Shown: positions 35,230-47,277 of the stretch, piece by piece | Layout: the number at the start of each line of letters is the position of its first letter | Numbering within the stretch: the stretch's first letter is position 1 | From: Trypethelium eluteriae | Lineage: Eukaryota | Length of the DNA: 54,341 nt | Direction of reading: 5' to 3' | NCBI GenBank assembly: GCA_051942245.1 | Contig: JAVECL010000012.1 | Coordinates: 62,001-116,341 of the forward strand | Translations under genes and position numbers: made by a program | Notes under the pieces: model-generated | Seen by the model: only the letters and a program-made list of their open reading frames with translations | Database searches by the model: none | What the model was told of the DNA's origin: nothing

Positions 35230-38200
35230 ATGAGCTCCACGCCGGACGACACTAGCCATGGATCCAATTTCCTGCGGGAAAGGCTCCCACAACAGCCTGA
35301 AAAGCCACGGCAGGCAGAAAGTGAAGAGTGCGCAGAACACACTGTCAAGGAATTGAACGATCAAGAAGATAAAACTGAAAGAGAGGAAAAGAGAACATAT
35401 GGAAGGACTCCCTCTGGCGTTGGTATGTTTCGACCCCCAAACCCGACAGCCACGAATGACGTTAAATATTCCCGATAGTCTTCACAGTTCCTGAGACTCA
35501 TGACATGGTCTCTACTCTGTTCTCGCCTACAGAATCCAAGAAGGTGACCGATGTTATCGTCATTACCTGTCTCGCCTGCCTCATCGGTCTATTTTTCGTA
35601 CTGCCTCCCTCACTACGAGTACCATTCTACGGAATTTCGTTCCTGTTCTGGAGGGCGGTATATAATGGAGGAATCGGTTGGTTACTCTACGTGCAATCTA
35701 ACGGCAAACGCTTGACGAAATGGACTAAAAAATCGGGGATTTTCGAACCGCCTGCCACAGGCAAAAACTCTCATCCTTGGTTGTATCCAATTCTGAGAAG
35801 GGACTTCGAGACGCAGATTCCCAAAGACTACAAATTTGAAGAAGCTCCACTCGAATACAATACTTGGCTGTTGTTTCGGTGCCTTGTAGATCTCATTCTC
35901 ATGAGTGATTTTATCTCGTACTGCCTCTTTGCTGCTGCATGTGGTGGCACTCCCCAAGGTGAAAGTACCTTCGCTACTATTGCTCGTTGGTTCGTTGGAT
36001 GGGCTCTCATCGTCTTCAATCTTTGGGTCAAGCTTGATGCTCATCGTGTCGTCAAAGATTTTGCCTGGTTCTGGGGTGACTTTTTCTTCCTCATCGATCA
36101 GGAACTGACTTTCGATGGTGTCTTCGAAATGGCCCCTCATCCGATGTATTCTGTTGGGTATGTTGGATATTACGGTATCTCGCTCTTGGCTGCCAGCTAC
36201 AAAGTTTTGTTCATCTCTCTGATTGCCCATGCTGCTCAATTTGCATTCCTCGCGTTTGTTGAGAGCCCACATATTGAGAAGACGTACAACCCTCCTCAAC
36301 CCCGAAAGCGACTTCCCGAAACTTCAAGCGATGAAGACCTCACCGAATCACAGGAGTTGGACGCTGGTCATATCAACAATTATCCTCCCCTGGCCTCAGC
36401 TGAGCAGCCATCGCCCGTACACAATTTGATCGGTCTGCAGAATATGGATGTGCATCGAGTTACTGATGTTGCTGTCATTCTCCTTCAAATCTACATGTTC
36501 TCTTTGACCCTACTTACGCCGCCCACAGCGCCATATCAGTTCTTCTTCGTGGCTAACGCTGTCATCTGGAGAATCTGGTATTCACTTGGTCTTGGCTTCA
36601 TCCTTGACCGTCAATCGAACAAGAAGAAATGGACCCGGCATTTTATCAAATACGGCGAAAGCACAGAAGAAGCATGGCGTCAGTGGAAAGGCATTTACCA
36701 CCTGAGTATGACCATGTGCTATCTCAGCTTCATCACCGCAGCGTGGAAGATGTACACACTTCCTGAGGACTGGCAATACGGCCTTACGCTTCTTCGACAT
36801 GTGGTAGGCTTCGCAATGGTTGCACTTCAGATCTGGACCTTCTTCAGTATGTACGAGTCGCTTGGTGAATTTGGCTGGTTCTACGGAGATTTCTTTTTCG
36901 ACCATGCGCCAAAGCTCACCTACAGCGGCATATATCGCTTCCTTAACAATCCCGAACGTATCATCGGTCTTGCGGGAGTATGGGGTATTGCAATCATGTG
37001 CTGGAGCAGATCGATCTTCTTTCTTGCAGTGCTGTCCCACGTTCTTACTCTGGCGTTCATACAATTCGTTGAGCGCCCACACATGCAAAAGCTGTACGGC
37101 GAATCTCTTCGTCAAGATTCAGGCGTTAGCAAGAACCTCAAGCGTGCTCTACCCAAACCCATCCGTGCCTGGCAAGGAAGCGTTGACCGGGTTCTTGCCG
37201 ATACGATGGACTTCATCGAAGACTTTATCGACAACGCGAAACCAAAACTCGAGGCAGGATATGACAAGATTGTGAGCGAATCACGGATGTTGTTCAAACA
37301 CTACCCAGCGCATATCAGCATTACCCGCGTTGCGCCTGATCTTGCTGGCCTAAATCCTGCGGACTACAATCTCGAACTTGAGGGGACGCCACCGCTCTCA
37401 CCCCGTCTTGCTGAGCGCGAACGAAACAGCGGTCGCGAAGGTGAAAAGGGACGCATGCCCCCTCGCCGTAGGAGCACATTTAAAACAGTGATGTTCGAGT
37501 ACGGTGCTCCGATCAAAGTCAAATGGACTGCGCCCCCAAATCACGGCAGGAAAGATTGGGTGGGGCTGTACATGATTGCCGACAATGCATCACGCCACGT
37601 TACCCGCGTCTCCAGCCAAGGACGTTGGATCGCTACCAATGAAGGGGTCTTTGACAATGTGAGTGCCGACCAGGGAATCCTGATCAGCAGCAAGAACATT
37701 CTCGCCGGTGACTGGAAAGACAACAAAGCAGAGAAAAAGGACTGCTGCGTTGGTGAGATGGAATTCGCTGGCGACAAGCTCTGGTGGACAACAGGTGTGT
37801 TTGAGTTCCGTTACCACCATAATGGCAATCACAACGTCATGACCATTTCTCTGCCCTTCGAGATTCGCATCGGTAGATTCGATGAAGCGGATGTGGAGAG
37901 GGATGGCAGTGGCAGTGTAAGACCGGCAATTGAGGAAGCCCTGCTGCCGGTCGTGAGGAACTGCTTCGATCGTGATGAGAATATCGCTCCGCGGACTGTC
38001 GATGAGGCGTTCGGTAATTTGGTAGAGCGGGAGGGAAAGTTCGCCAGGAGGGTCATCTTTGCAGTACATCAGATGTAAGTCAACATCACCTACCCGACCT
38101 AATGGTCCAATAAAGTAAGCTTCAGCTCACTACTCTTAGGTTTGGTATCGAGTTTGCGCCGGAAGTTGTACAAGCAGATGGTAATGTGCGAAACCTTGCA

Positions 38201-38331
38201 TGGCGCATCGAAACTGCAAGGAGTGTTCTCGTATGATAATTCTCCCATTGCTCTCGCACCAACGACTGACGGGTATTTAGGCACCATACAGCATGTCCAC
38301 AGAAGCTCGAGGGTCCCCCATTGAGAAGTAG
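35230..38331 (+). CDS. CHO2: Phosphatidylethanolamine N-methyltransferase
   Basis: [19 protein letters not shown], duplicated PEMT domains ([12 protein letters not shown]…HPMYSVGY and [12 protein letters not shown]…YRFLNNPE). Introns 35423-35478, 38075-38139 and 38231-38280. Confidence 0.95.
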
Positions 38332-38575
38332 GCGGTGCAGTACTATAGAGGAACGGAAGAACGCAAGATCGGCATCAAGTATTTGGGTGGCATTCGCGCT
38401 TAAAATCGGTAAAGATACCCCCGTTGACTCGCTTCCTAAATACCCTCGATAAGTAGCAACGGACGTTTTCTTTGATAGTTTGTATATTTCATATTCAAAA
38501 ATACCTCGAGACCAAGCGTATCCAAAATTACAAAACATTCCAAATATTCACTTCATCATGTGACTCTTGCCTCTC

Positions 38576-39839
38576 CTATTGCCTTGCTGCCTTCAATGCA
38601 GCTTCGACAGCTGACACTTCCTCTTCTTTCCCTAAGATATCCTTCTCCGGTCCCAGGGGCGTAATTGAATGCTGATTGATCTGCTTATGGCTCTTCGTGT
38701 AGTGCTTTTTGATATGTTCAAACTGCGTCGTCTCCCTGAATGCTGGCAGGTCCCAATACAAATGTCGGAGCCAACGATGTAGATGCGGATACCCGCTGCG
38801 GATGTCCCTGATATTGCACTTGAAGTGCTGCACGTACACGGGATCGAAGCGTACTATAGTGGTATAGAGCCGCACGTCGGCTTCAGTGAGATGGGCGCCG
38901 TAGTAGTAGGGTCCTCGTTGAGAAGATTGGGATGACGCGAGGTGCGCTTCGGCCCTATCGAGGGATTTGAAAAGAGTGAGGCAGGCGTTGGTATAGGCCT
39001 CTTCCGAAGTGGCGAACCCAGACTTATAGACGCCGTTGTTAATGTCATGGTAGGTCCATTCGTTTGTTTCCTCGATGTCCTTGCGCAAGTCGGTAGGAAA
39101 GAGGTCGACAGATTTGTAGGATTCGGGGAGGAGATCGTCGAAAGCGGTGTAGAACATGCGAATTATTTCGCTAGATTCATTGCTGACAATCTTGTTTTGC
39201 TTCTTGTCGTACAAAGTTGGGACAGTAAAGCGACCATTGTAGTCAGGTTTGACACCGAAGTAGATTTGGCGCAGGTGAGTGTAGTCGGGATGTAGGGGGT
39301 CAGGGGTCACATTATCGCCTGGAAGCTTTTCGTCTTTGGTTGCAAAGCGCCATCCTTTATCCAGCATTTCCCAGTGGACTGATGTGCAAGGAATGATGTC
39401 CTCAAGCCCCTTGAGCTTTCGTACGATGAGGGCTCGATGAGCTAGAAGAAATCATAAACAAGAGCAGAACGAACGGAATGCAAGGGCTGTCTTACCCCAG
39501 GGACACGCGTATGAGACGTAGAGATGGTACCGGTCCTTCTCAGGGGGGAATTCTGCTCCTGGTTGCTTCGAAATGAAGTTTCGAAAGACCGAGTCCTGAC
39601 GCTTGAAATCGCCGGACTTGCTTGCCCAGTTTAGAATACTTCCCCCATTAGCGCCGCTGGTAGACTGTTAAAATGCATAAGCTTTTGTTTATGAATTTCT
39701 TTTTAAGGGGCATATTCACGCTTGCCTGATTAGTCTCTGACATTGTTGTCCCAAACAATCTTGCTGATATGGTTGTGAATGAGGTAGGAATTAGATGGTT
39801 ACGGACCAGTCCCAATCTTGACAGAGCAGTCTGATTCAT
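38576..39839 (-). CDS. Omega-like glutathione S-transferase / glutathionyl-hydroquinone reductase (ECM4/YqjG family); in-frame ATGs at 39839 and 39743
   Basis: GDFKRQDSVFRNFIS, YVSYACPW|AHR, FTVPTLYD, IVSNESSEIIRM, INNGVYKSGFA and RFDPVYVQHFKCN. Introns ~39725/39719-39665 and 39495-39442. Confidence 0.93.
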
Positions 39840-40134
39840 GCAGATCTCGGAGAAGGCTGACTGAACACAATCTGAGCTCTTGAATTGTTCAGAGCGAGAT
39901 CGAGCTTCTATATTAATTTTCCACCCATGTAGAAATGATTGTTGTTGTCACTCAGCGGTAGAGGTAGAGTACTCTATCGTGGTGGGGCATGGCGTCATGC
40001 ATGCATCGTGCTCTCCTTGGCCTGACAAATGCTTTGACAAGCTTGTGGCAACTGAAGTCTTGAGCATCTCTCAGGTAATGGCAGGTTACAAAAATACCGG
40101 GATTGGCTAAGCCTCAATACCGCAAGGCCATCGT

Positions 40135-41271
40135 ATGGACCGATCTCTCTGCCTCCAATCTTTTCGACTGTCGCGATTCAACCCGCGTCTGACAGTATGG
40201 CGGCCTTCTTCGCCTTCACCACGACTGCTTCATCTCGCCCCGCCATTCCTCCTCGATGATTACGTCCCACGATACCACCTCATATCTTCGGTGGATGCGG
40301 CAAGAAAACGCTCCGACGCCTATGCACATCTTCGTAATTGTAACCTATGCCCACGGCTTTGCGGAGTGAATCGCTTCGAGAAAACTGGCGTCTGTCTTAT
40401 TGGCGCAGACGTCAAGGTCAATGTTATTGCGCCGCATTTTGGAGAAGAGCCATGCATACAAGGGCACAATGGCTCAGGATCGGTCTTCTTCAGTGGATGT
40501 AACCTGCGTTGTGTATTCTGCCAGAACCATGACATTGCTCATGAGCGTAAAGGCTTCGATCTGACTCCCGAACAGCTAGCAGAATGGTATCTGAAGCTAC
40601 AGGAGGTCGGAAAAGTGCACAACATCAATCTCATTACTCCTGAGCACGTGGTACCTCAGGTTGCTCTAAGCATCTTGCACGCGCGGGAATTGGGTCTGAA
40701 ACTGCCTATCATTTACAATACCTCCTCCTTTGACTCTCCAGAATCACTTGGTCTCCTGAATGGCCTCATAGACATCTACTTGCCCGACTTCAAAGTCTGG
40801 AAGAACGCAACGTCAAGAAGGTTGTTGAAAGCAGATAACTATGCCAAGGCCGCCATGGAAAGCATCAAAGTAATGCATTCCCAGGTAGGCGATCTGTGCT
40901 TTACAGCTGATGGCCTTGCAAAGAAGGGTATCCTCGTTCGTCACCTTGTCATGCCTGGTAAAGACGATGAAGGGAGGGAAATTGTTCGCTGGCTTGCTAA
41001 GAACGTCTCCAAAGACCTTTTCATGCATGTCATGGAGCAATATCATCCTGATGCTCATGTTGGCAAACCGAAAAGAACAACAAAAACACATCTTCAGGTC
41101 GAGGAGCCCGGCGGAAACCCTGCCCCAGGCGAAGTCAAAGAAAAGATCCGCTATGACGATATAAACCGACCCGTAAGCCAGGCAGAGATGTCTTCCGTAA
41201 AGTATGCTGCGCAGCAGGCGGGTCTGTGGCGATTCAACGAGGTTGCAGAGCATGGTGGCTTCAATATATGA
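40135..41271 (+). CDS. Radical SAM protein, PflX-like (pyruvate-formate-lyase activating enzyme-related)
   Basis: CNLCPRLCGVNR, PHFGEEP, GSVFFSGCNLRCVFCQN (CxxxCxxC), DIYLPDFK and VRHLVMPG. Intronless, with an Arg/Ser/Leu-rich N-terminus. Confidence 0.9.
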   Translation: MDRSLCLQSFRLSRFNPRLTVWRPSSPSPRLLHLAPPFLLDDYVPRYHLISSVDAARKRSDAYAHLRNCNLCPRLCGVNRFEKTGVCLIGADVKVNVIAPHFGEEPCIQGHNGSGSVFFSGCNLRCVFCQNHDIAHERKGFDLTPEQLAEWYLKLQEVGKVHNINLITPEHVVPQVALSILHARELGLKLPIIYNTSSFDSPESLGLLNGLIDIYLPDFKVWKNATSRRLLKADNYAKAAMESIKVMHSQVGDLCFTADGLAKKGILVRHLVMPGKDDEGREIVRWLAKNVSKDLFMHVMEQYHPDAHVGKPKRTTKTHLQVEEPGGNPAPGEVKEKIRYDDINRPVSQAEMSSVKYAAQQAGLWRFNEVAEHGGFNI

Positions 41272-41852
41272 GGCTGTACCACCCGAGGAGGCAAGGGATG
41301 TCGCTTTTGGCTTTCTACGCTCTTGAGGTCCTTTCAGCTCAGCTCTTCGTTACACTTACAGTCCGGTGTCATCCTCCATGATGCAATTCGAGCTCTCCTA
41401 ATGTCGATAGTCGCCCCCAGAGCCCTCGATTGCCTTGGAGACATCATTCAACGTAATGCAGTACGCCAAGAAATCGGCACTGTTGGACAATCTCAGGGAA
41501 TGCACAAACTGTTAAAAGTTTGCAGTGGGTGTGGTCTTTCTCAACATTCGTGAACAACAAAGAAGGCGGTATTAGTAGTCGATCTGGCTTACAGATCCTT
41601 CACTCTTTATCTCAAAGAAGGCGAATATGGAATCTACTGAGATCACAGGTTTTATCAACTACCAACGCAGCGTCATTTCCAGAAAAATACGGCCCTTTTC
41701 CCACAGTCGTGACCAAATCGCCTTTACTCAATACCAGAACCAGCTACTCATGGGAACATAGGTCTGCTTTGCTGAGGAGCCAAAAACTCCTGAAGCACCT
41801 TGGCGCTTGTGACCTCAAACGGGATTCTTACCTTTTGTTCTATAATCGCGGT

Positions 41853-42962
41853 ATGGATCCCCTCGCTCCACAGCTAGTGCTACACCAACAGCATACCTAT
41901 CTCTCCAGCGAATTAGTACGCGTGAACCATGTTTTGGGTAGCCTTGCTTCGAAGAAGACCCGACTCGACCGACTTCTTAACGAAGCTGACACCTCTCTTG
42001 TCCGAACGAAGAAGAGGAAGATGAAGCAAGCGCGTTTCTTGACGAATAAATCGTTCGAGAAAGCTCAACGTGAACAAGCGGTTCTCAGAGAAAACCTAAA
42101 TGCGACCGAGACTGAGATCCGGGCCTGGCAGGAGGCAGAGACGAGCCGCTTCGTCGCTCAGTACCAGTACAATATGCCCTGGGTGGTTCCGCAAACGCAA
42201 TATTTTCCTGAATCTGCTCACAATTTCTCTGGCACTAGTACTGCGGCCATTGGCGCGGCTCAATGTTATGAGCCGCGGTGGTTTCGAGACTGGAACACTG
42301 CGTCGCTAGAATTGGAACAGGCTACGACGTCTCAGGACTTCACCTATCCGCAAGAGATAGCGCAATCCACACATGACTCAACAGACTCGATTTCGAGCAA
42401 GGCCGATTCTGGTTTCGAAGAGCCACCAATGTACATGATGCCCTTCGACCTACCCATCAATTACGACGCCTCCCAGCACATATACGCACACGAGATATTC
42501 TACCAGCCACCAACTCAAGTCCAAGCTCCAACCGTACCTCCTCCGGGCACCGTAGTCCCGAACCAGATCTTTGGTCCTCCTGTCTCAGCTTTACCTAGCA
42601 CCCAAGAAGATACGGTATCGCCACGGACGAACGCTCATCTCCAGAGTGCACCAGTGCAGTCCCCCAGCCATGTCCTTGATACCGCACCACAAAGCCTACA
42701 AGAGGAGGCGGAATCTCACCACAGACGAAGATATTCTGAAAATGCAGTGCAAATTATCGAGCATCGGTTGAGCGAGAATCAGAACAAGTCCCGACACAGT
42801 CGGAACAAGAGTTCCGGGCAGTTTTCGACGAGAAGTAGGGTCTCAATTGGTAGTAGCTTGTACTCGCCAACCACGCCGATGCAGGGCCATCGGGCATCGC
42901 TGATTGAAATCCTGGAAGGACGAGCAGGTGCACTGAATGCAGAGATGGACTGGTTAGGTTGA
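41853..42962 (+). CDS. Hypothetical protein with N-terminal coiled coil and low-complexity C-terminus
   Basis: Part of a 480-codon open frame. The first ATG is at 41853. Contains a basic cluster (RTKKRKMKQAR) and HRRRYSENA. Confidence 0.65.
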   Translation: MDPLAPQLVLHQQHTYLSSELVRVNHVLGSLASKKTRLDRLLNEADTSLVRTKKRKMKQARFLTNKSFEKAQREQAVLRENLNATETEIRAWQEAETSRFVAQYQYNMPWVVPQTQYFPESAHNFSGTSTAAIGAAQCYEPRWFRDWNTASLELEQATTSQDFTYPQEIAQSTHDSTDSISSKADSGFEEPPMYMMPFDLPINYDASQHIYAHEIFYQPPTQVQAPTVPPPGTVVPNQIFGPPVSALPSTQEDTVSPRTNAHLQSAPVQSPSHVLDTAPQSLQEEAESHHRRRYSENAVQIIEHRLSENQNKSRHSRNKSSGQFSTRSRVSIGSSLYSPTTPMQGHRASLIEILEGRAGALNAEMDWLG

Positions 42963-43772
42963 TATGATGTTGATTTGGAGAGAGCCAATAGTTTCGCATG
43001 GGATTGGTGATGGCTCCTACTTCGCTTTGCGTAGTCTCTTGTCGGTAATATAGGGTCTAAATATTCGCAATGTGTTGATTTTTGAACGCAATACAGTGCC
43101 CGCAGTCATGCTTCTGTAAAAGCTATTGGTGCGAGTTGGACGTCCTGCTTAGAAACGGAACTCAGACTTCTAGTTGAAGAAGTCTCGGTGCAGAAATAGG
43201 TCATGTTATGACTCTAGCATGCAGATGTACGCATCAGAAACTCGAGGGTTGCTTTACTCTTGGGGTGCAAGACCAGTAGACTGGTCTACCCAGAATATGT
43301 GCATAAACAGAGTCTTATTATCTCTCAACTTTACGATCCTTCAATTTGATGTCGCCGCGATACGACCACTGGTCCTGTTCAAATTCAGATAACACTTGGG
43401 GTACTCAAATCAACATGACAGAAGTCGCGATTCGTTTTGGTCCGTGGGCAAGCGTGGCAAGGCAAGCATTCGATGTCTATGCGCTTTCCGTATGAGGCTT
43501 AGTTCTGTCTACCACCTTCAAGTCTCAAATAGTCTCCATATATCACCCGTCACTCCATTCAACTATTGAATTTTGTGAGACTACATGTCTTAGCCTGTTT
43601 CTCTGAAACGGATCGATTTGCGGAAGCTTGGCGCAAGGAGTGACTGCCCCATGTCAGTAGGCGATACGCCTTGTACGAACTCACATTCTAATGCTAATAT
43701 TTACGACAGGTATTCAGCGCCAATGGTGCATCTATAGACTGAGCGCCCGGTCCCATCTTCCTCTACTCTATC

Positions 43773-44231
43773 ATGCCTCCCTATCTTCATCCTCGCTCAG
43801 GATTGACTACGTCTCTCTTTACGACTACTCTTGCTGTCTCGTTCCTTGTCGTTAGCATACCACATATCCTACCTTGTCCAGTCAATCCCAAGCAACTTGC
43901 GGAATCCGACGCCGACGGCTTTGATGCTGCTGCGAAACGTGCGAAGCGACGAGAGCGGAGGCCGTTAAAGCACCTCGAAATCGGAGAAAAGCCTGGAACG
44001 CATGGGCCGAGAGCAGCGGGTGAGAGCGGTGATGGAGATCAGGATGGCGACACACTTTCCACTGTGGAAATGGCAAGACGGAGAGAATGTCCTGTTCCGA
44101 AACCGGGGGGATTGATTGGGGAGATTATGGGCTTCAGGAAGAAACCGGAAAATGAGCTTCCACCAACAAGGATGGTCAAAGTAGAGCCTGTTCAGCCGAG
44201 GAAATACACAAAGGAGAACGACGATCGGTGA
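43773..44231 (+). CDS. Small conserved fungal protein with one N-terminal hydrophobic segment
   Basis: MPPYLHPRS…SLFTTTLAVSFLVV..PHILPCPV and RECPVPKPGGLIG, motifs that recur in Pezizomycotina hypotheticals. Confidence 0.75.
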   Translation: MPPYLHPRSGLTTSLFTTTLAVSFLVVSIPHILPCPVNPKQLAESDADGFDAAAKRAKRRERRPLKHLEIGEKPGTHGPRAAGESGDGDQDGDTLSTVEMARRRECPVPKPGGLIGEIMGFRKKPENELPPTRMVKVEPVQPRKYTKENDDR

Positions 44232-44438
44232 CAAGAGAAAACTGGATCATGCCATCGCCACTCCAAAGCACTTTAAGCACTGATCCGGCGTCTTAACATG
44301 GATGAAGGGTTGTATGTATATATGTATGACTATGTGAGGCGGCATCGACAGAATTGCATCAAAAGGAAGCGAGCCGAATTTTTATACGACGACTTCACGG
44401 AAAGCTTTCATATCAAATCAGCTACAATACCAGCTATC

Positions 44439-45900
44439 TTAGCATCCGTTCCCTGTTACACCATGCACTCCACCCGGCGAAATGTAGGCACAACTACTCG
44501 ATCCCGTACTTGTCGAATTCTCCGCTGTTGTCAACGTTACGTTCTTCACATCAATGTTGTAGCAAGGATGCACGTTCGAGCAACTGAATGAACTGGTCTT
44601 ATTCCCTTCCTTTCCACTTAGGTATCCCGTGAAATTGACGAACGCCACGTTCGCAACCTCCATCAGGCTGGTTCCTCGAAATGTGCCATTGTCGCCACTG
44701 TCTTCCGAGATGGCCACACCAAGGTCCGCGCCTTGAACGTTGAAGTTCGCGAACATGATGTTACGAACAGATCCCCAACCTCCGCCGCGAGGAAGGCCTG
44801 CTGATTCATAGGAAGACTGAGGGACAAGGGCGCCGACCCAGGTTTTGATATAGGCGGCGTTTTCCATGTCATTATTGTACCGGATGATCTGGTAGCGTAT
44901 CAGGTCATCTACCGTCATTGGGAGAGAGAAGATTAGAAGGAAGATGCTTACGTTGACGTCGGTCATATATATGTTCTCAGCGCTGCTGTCTTCGAGATAT
45001 TGACCCAGACTTCCGATTGCCATGCCATTGCCTCCGTGGCATGTAGCGTTCTGTACATAGACGTTGTATGAGCGTGGCTTGATCGCAATGCAATCATCAC
45101 CGCCTTGGTAATAGAAATTGGTCAAGTTCACATTGTAGACGTCCATGGTGTCTGGTATTTGTCAATATCACTGAGCACTCGTATGAAGTAAATTCCCATA
45201 CCGAACCCGTCAGTGTTCTGAACCCAGTTCTTCCCATAGGGCGCCTGCGTTGCAGTAGCGTTACACAGGATGTTGTCAAAAGACATGTCGGTCCCGTTCA
45301 TGATATTTAGACTCCACAGCTGCGGCTGCTTGACGAAGAAGTTCGAGACTGTGACGTCGCTGACATTCCAAAAGACAAAAGGCATAGGACGGCCAGGCTG
45401 GGTATTCCCTGCTTCCGCAGTATACCAGGCATCACCGTTGCCGTTGATGCCACCGGTTCCATAGCCATCGATGGTAATGTGATCTCCGGTAATGATGAAA
45501 CCTGCATGGTGATTCTGGAAAGCAATGGGGTAGGAATTGTTGCGCCAGTATGCAAGGTCTGCAGAAAACTAAGGTAGGCACAATCAGTCTCTCAAATCCT
45601 AATTCTTCTCTAAAATTTCCTTACAGTCCACTGTCCATGCCATTCAATGACTACATCGTTGAACACCGGGTTCAATTTGGTAGCAATCCAATAGTCTTGG
45701 TCTTCGGGGAAAACGATTGTACCTCCACTACCACAATCTTGGACTGCACTTAAGATATTGGGCACGTCATTCGTCTGATTGCCATTGGCATACACTGTGC
45801 ATGTCTTTCGTCCGCCAACAACTGTGTGTGAGACTCCACCTGCTATGGCAGCGCCAGCTGTAGTAAGAGCAGCACCTGCTATAATGTTAGGAGAGCGCAT
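44439..45900 (-). CDS. GH28 exo-rhamnogalacturonase / RgxB-like secreted glycoside hydrolase
   Basis: Signal peptide, NTDGF|DTMD, GGDDCIAIKPRS, CHGGNGMAIGSLGQY and YIKTW. Three GT-AG introns. Confidence 0.9.
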
Positions 45901-46151
45901 TTTGAGACAGGGTTCGGTTTGACACACATTTGATCACTGAGACTGAGCTTGTTTAAATGGGAGGCTCATGATCCAGCCGATTGATTCGCCTTGATCATTG
46001 GAGGAAGATTGCTTAAGGTCAAATGCGGAGGCTCAATGGAGCTTCCTCGTCGGTCAAGGATGGCCCGAATGGAGAATCCGGGGTAAATTCCATCGCTTCC
46101 TGTTCCTGTCCCTGTGACGTCGATGCATCTTTTCCATACTCGTCTCCTTCA

Positions 46152-46832
46152 ATGATACCACGCATTAGTGCCAACTTTGCAGGCGCCTTCAGTTCCAGCC
46201 ATAAGGTGGTTCTACCAAACATAAAGACGAAATGTTCGAAACGCTGCTTCTCGGCCTCATCTGAACGAAAGTCACCCAATCGGATCTACACGCCGTACGC
46301 ACGTCCTCCTCCGTAACAATGTCTCCGTAGAAGAGATCGCCTGCTGATACTATATAGTGTACGGTCAGAAGATGAGCTCGACACTCTTCTTCTCCTTTCC
46401 GCGTCCTCTAACCGACCTTTGATCACATTATGGACGGCTTCCTTTTGCTCCACCTGCGCCAAAGTTGCACCATTAATCAAAGAACTCGTGGAGAATGAAG
46501 GAATCGGTGAAAATGTAGGAGGACTAGGCTTCGCTCAAGTTGAGGTGGATGCACCCACCAGTGGAAGCCTAGGATTCAGATACGCTGTAATCTTGCCCTG
46601 ATTGCATTCCCCATGTTGCCTGGTGAATCTAATCAAGAAATAGATATCGTCTCTGCCGACCCTTCTTGCCTTCAGCCGACAAGATGCAAGGCTATCGACT
46701 AAAGTGACGAACGCTCAGCAGTTACAAGATCAGGGATTCGTCAGACAATGGCTGGAGGTCGAAGCTAGACAAAAACTTGGAAGTGGCGAAGGCGGGACCG
46801 GAGGTAGTCTTTTCAAGAGCTTTTGGCGCTGA
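46152..46832 (+). CDS. Thioredoxin-like protein, probably mitochondrial (CSTC motif)
   Basis: Exons 46152-46294, 46358-46586 and 46644-46832 give LITLWTASFCSTC…FAQVEVDAP…RYA|ISSLPTLLAFSRQ. Basic presequence (KRCFSASS). Confidence 0.8.
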
Positions 46833-47277
46833 ACCCCTAGTGACAAATGTGCCAGGCAAAAAACAGTGATACCATGGCGAGGCTTTTTCGAACATTTGAT
46901 CTATCAAGACTGCAAGACAAGTAAATGTTTCGGCTTGAATCAAAAAAGCTCTCGAAAAGTCAATATTTTGACGGAAAAGCTACCGCTTGCAAGGTGTCTA
47001 AAAATCTATCGAGGATTTTCTCGGCCCATTTTATACTATCGTGAGCGGTTCTACAGTTCTCTCTTCATCCTTGAAAGTACCAAAGCACAGAGCACTTCTA
47101 AAAACCAAAGCTTCATCCGCCGTTCCAGCAAACCCATCAAAGGACATCCCCAGTTATTAGTGGACTCTTTCATACAGGCTCAACAACTCCATGCATCGAA
47201 GAAACATATCGTTTACCGATATAGTCCCCCTTTTTGTTCTCATACTTGCCCAACGGGATTTAGCTAGAGGGGAGATG

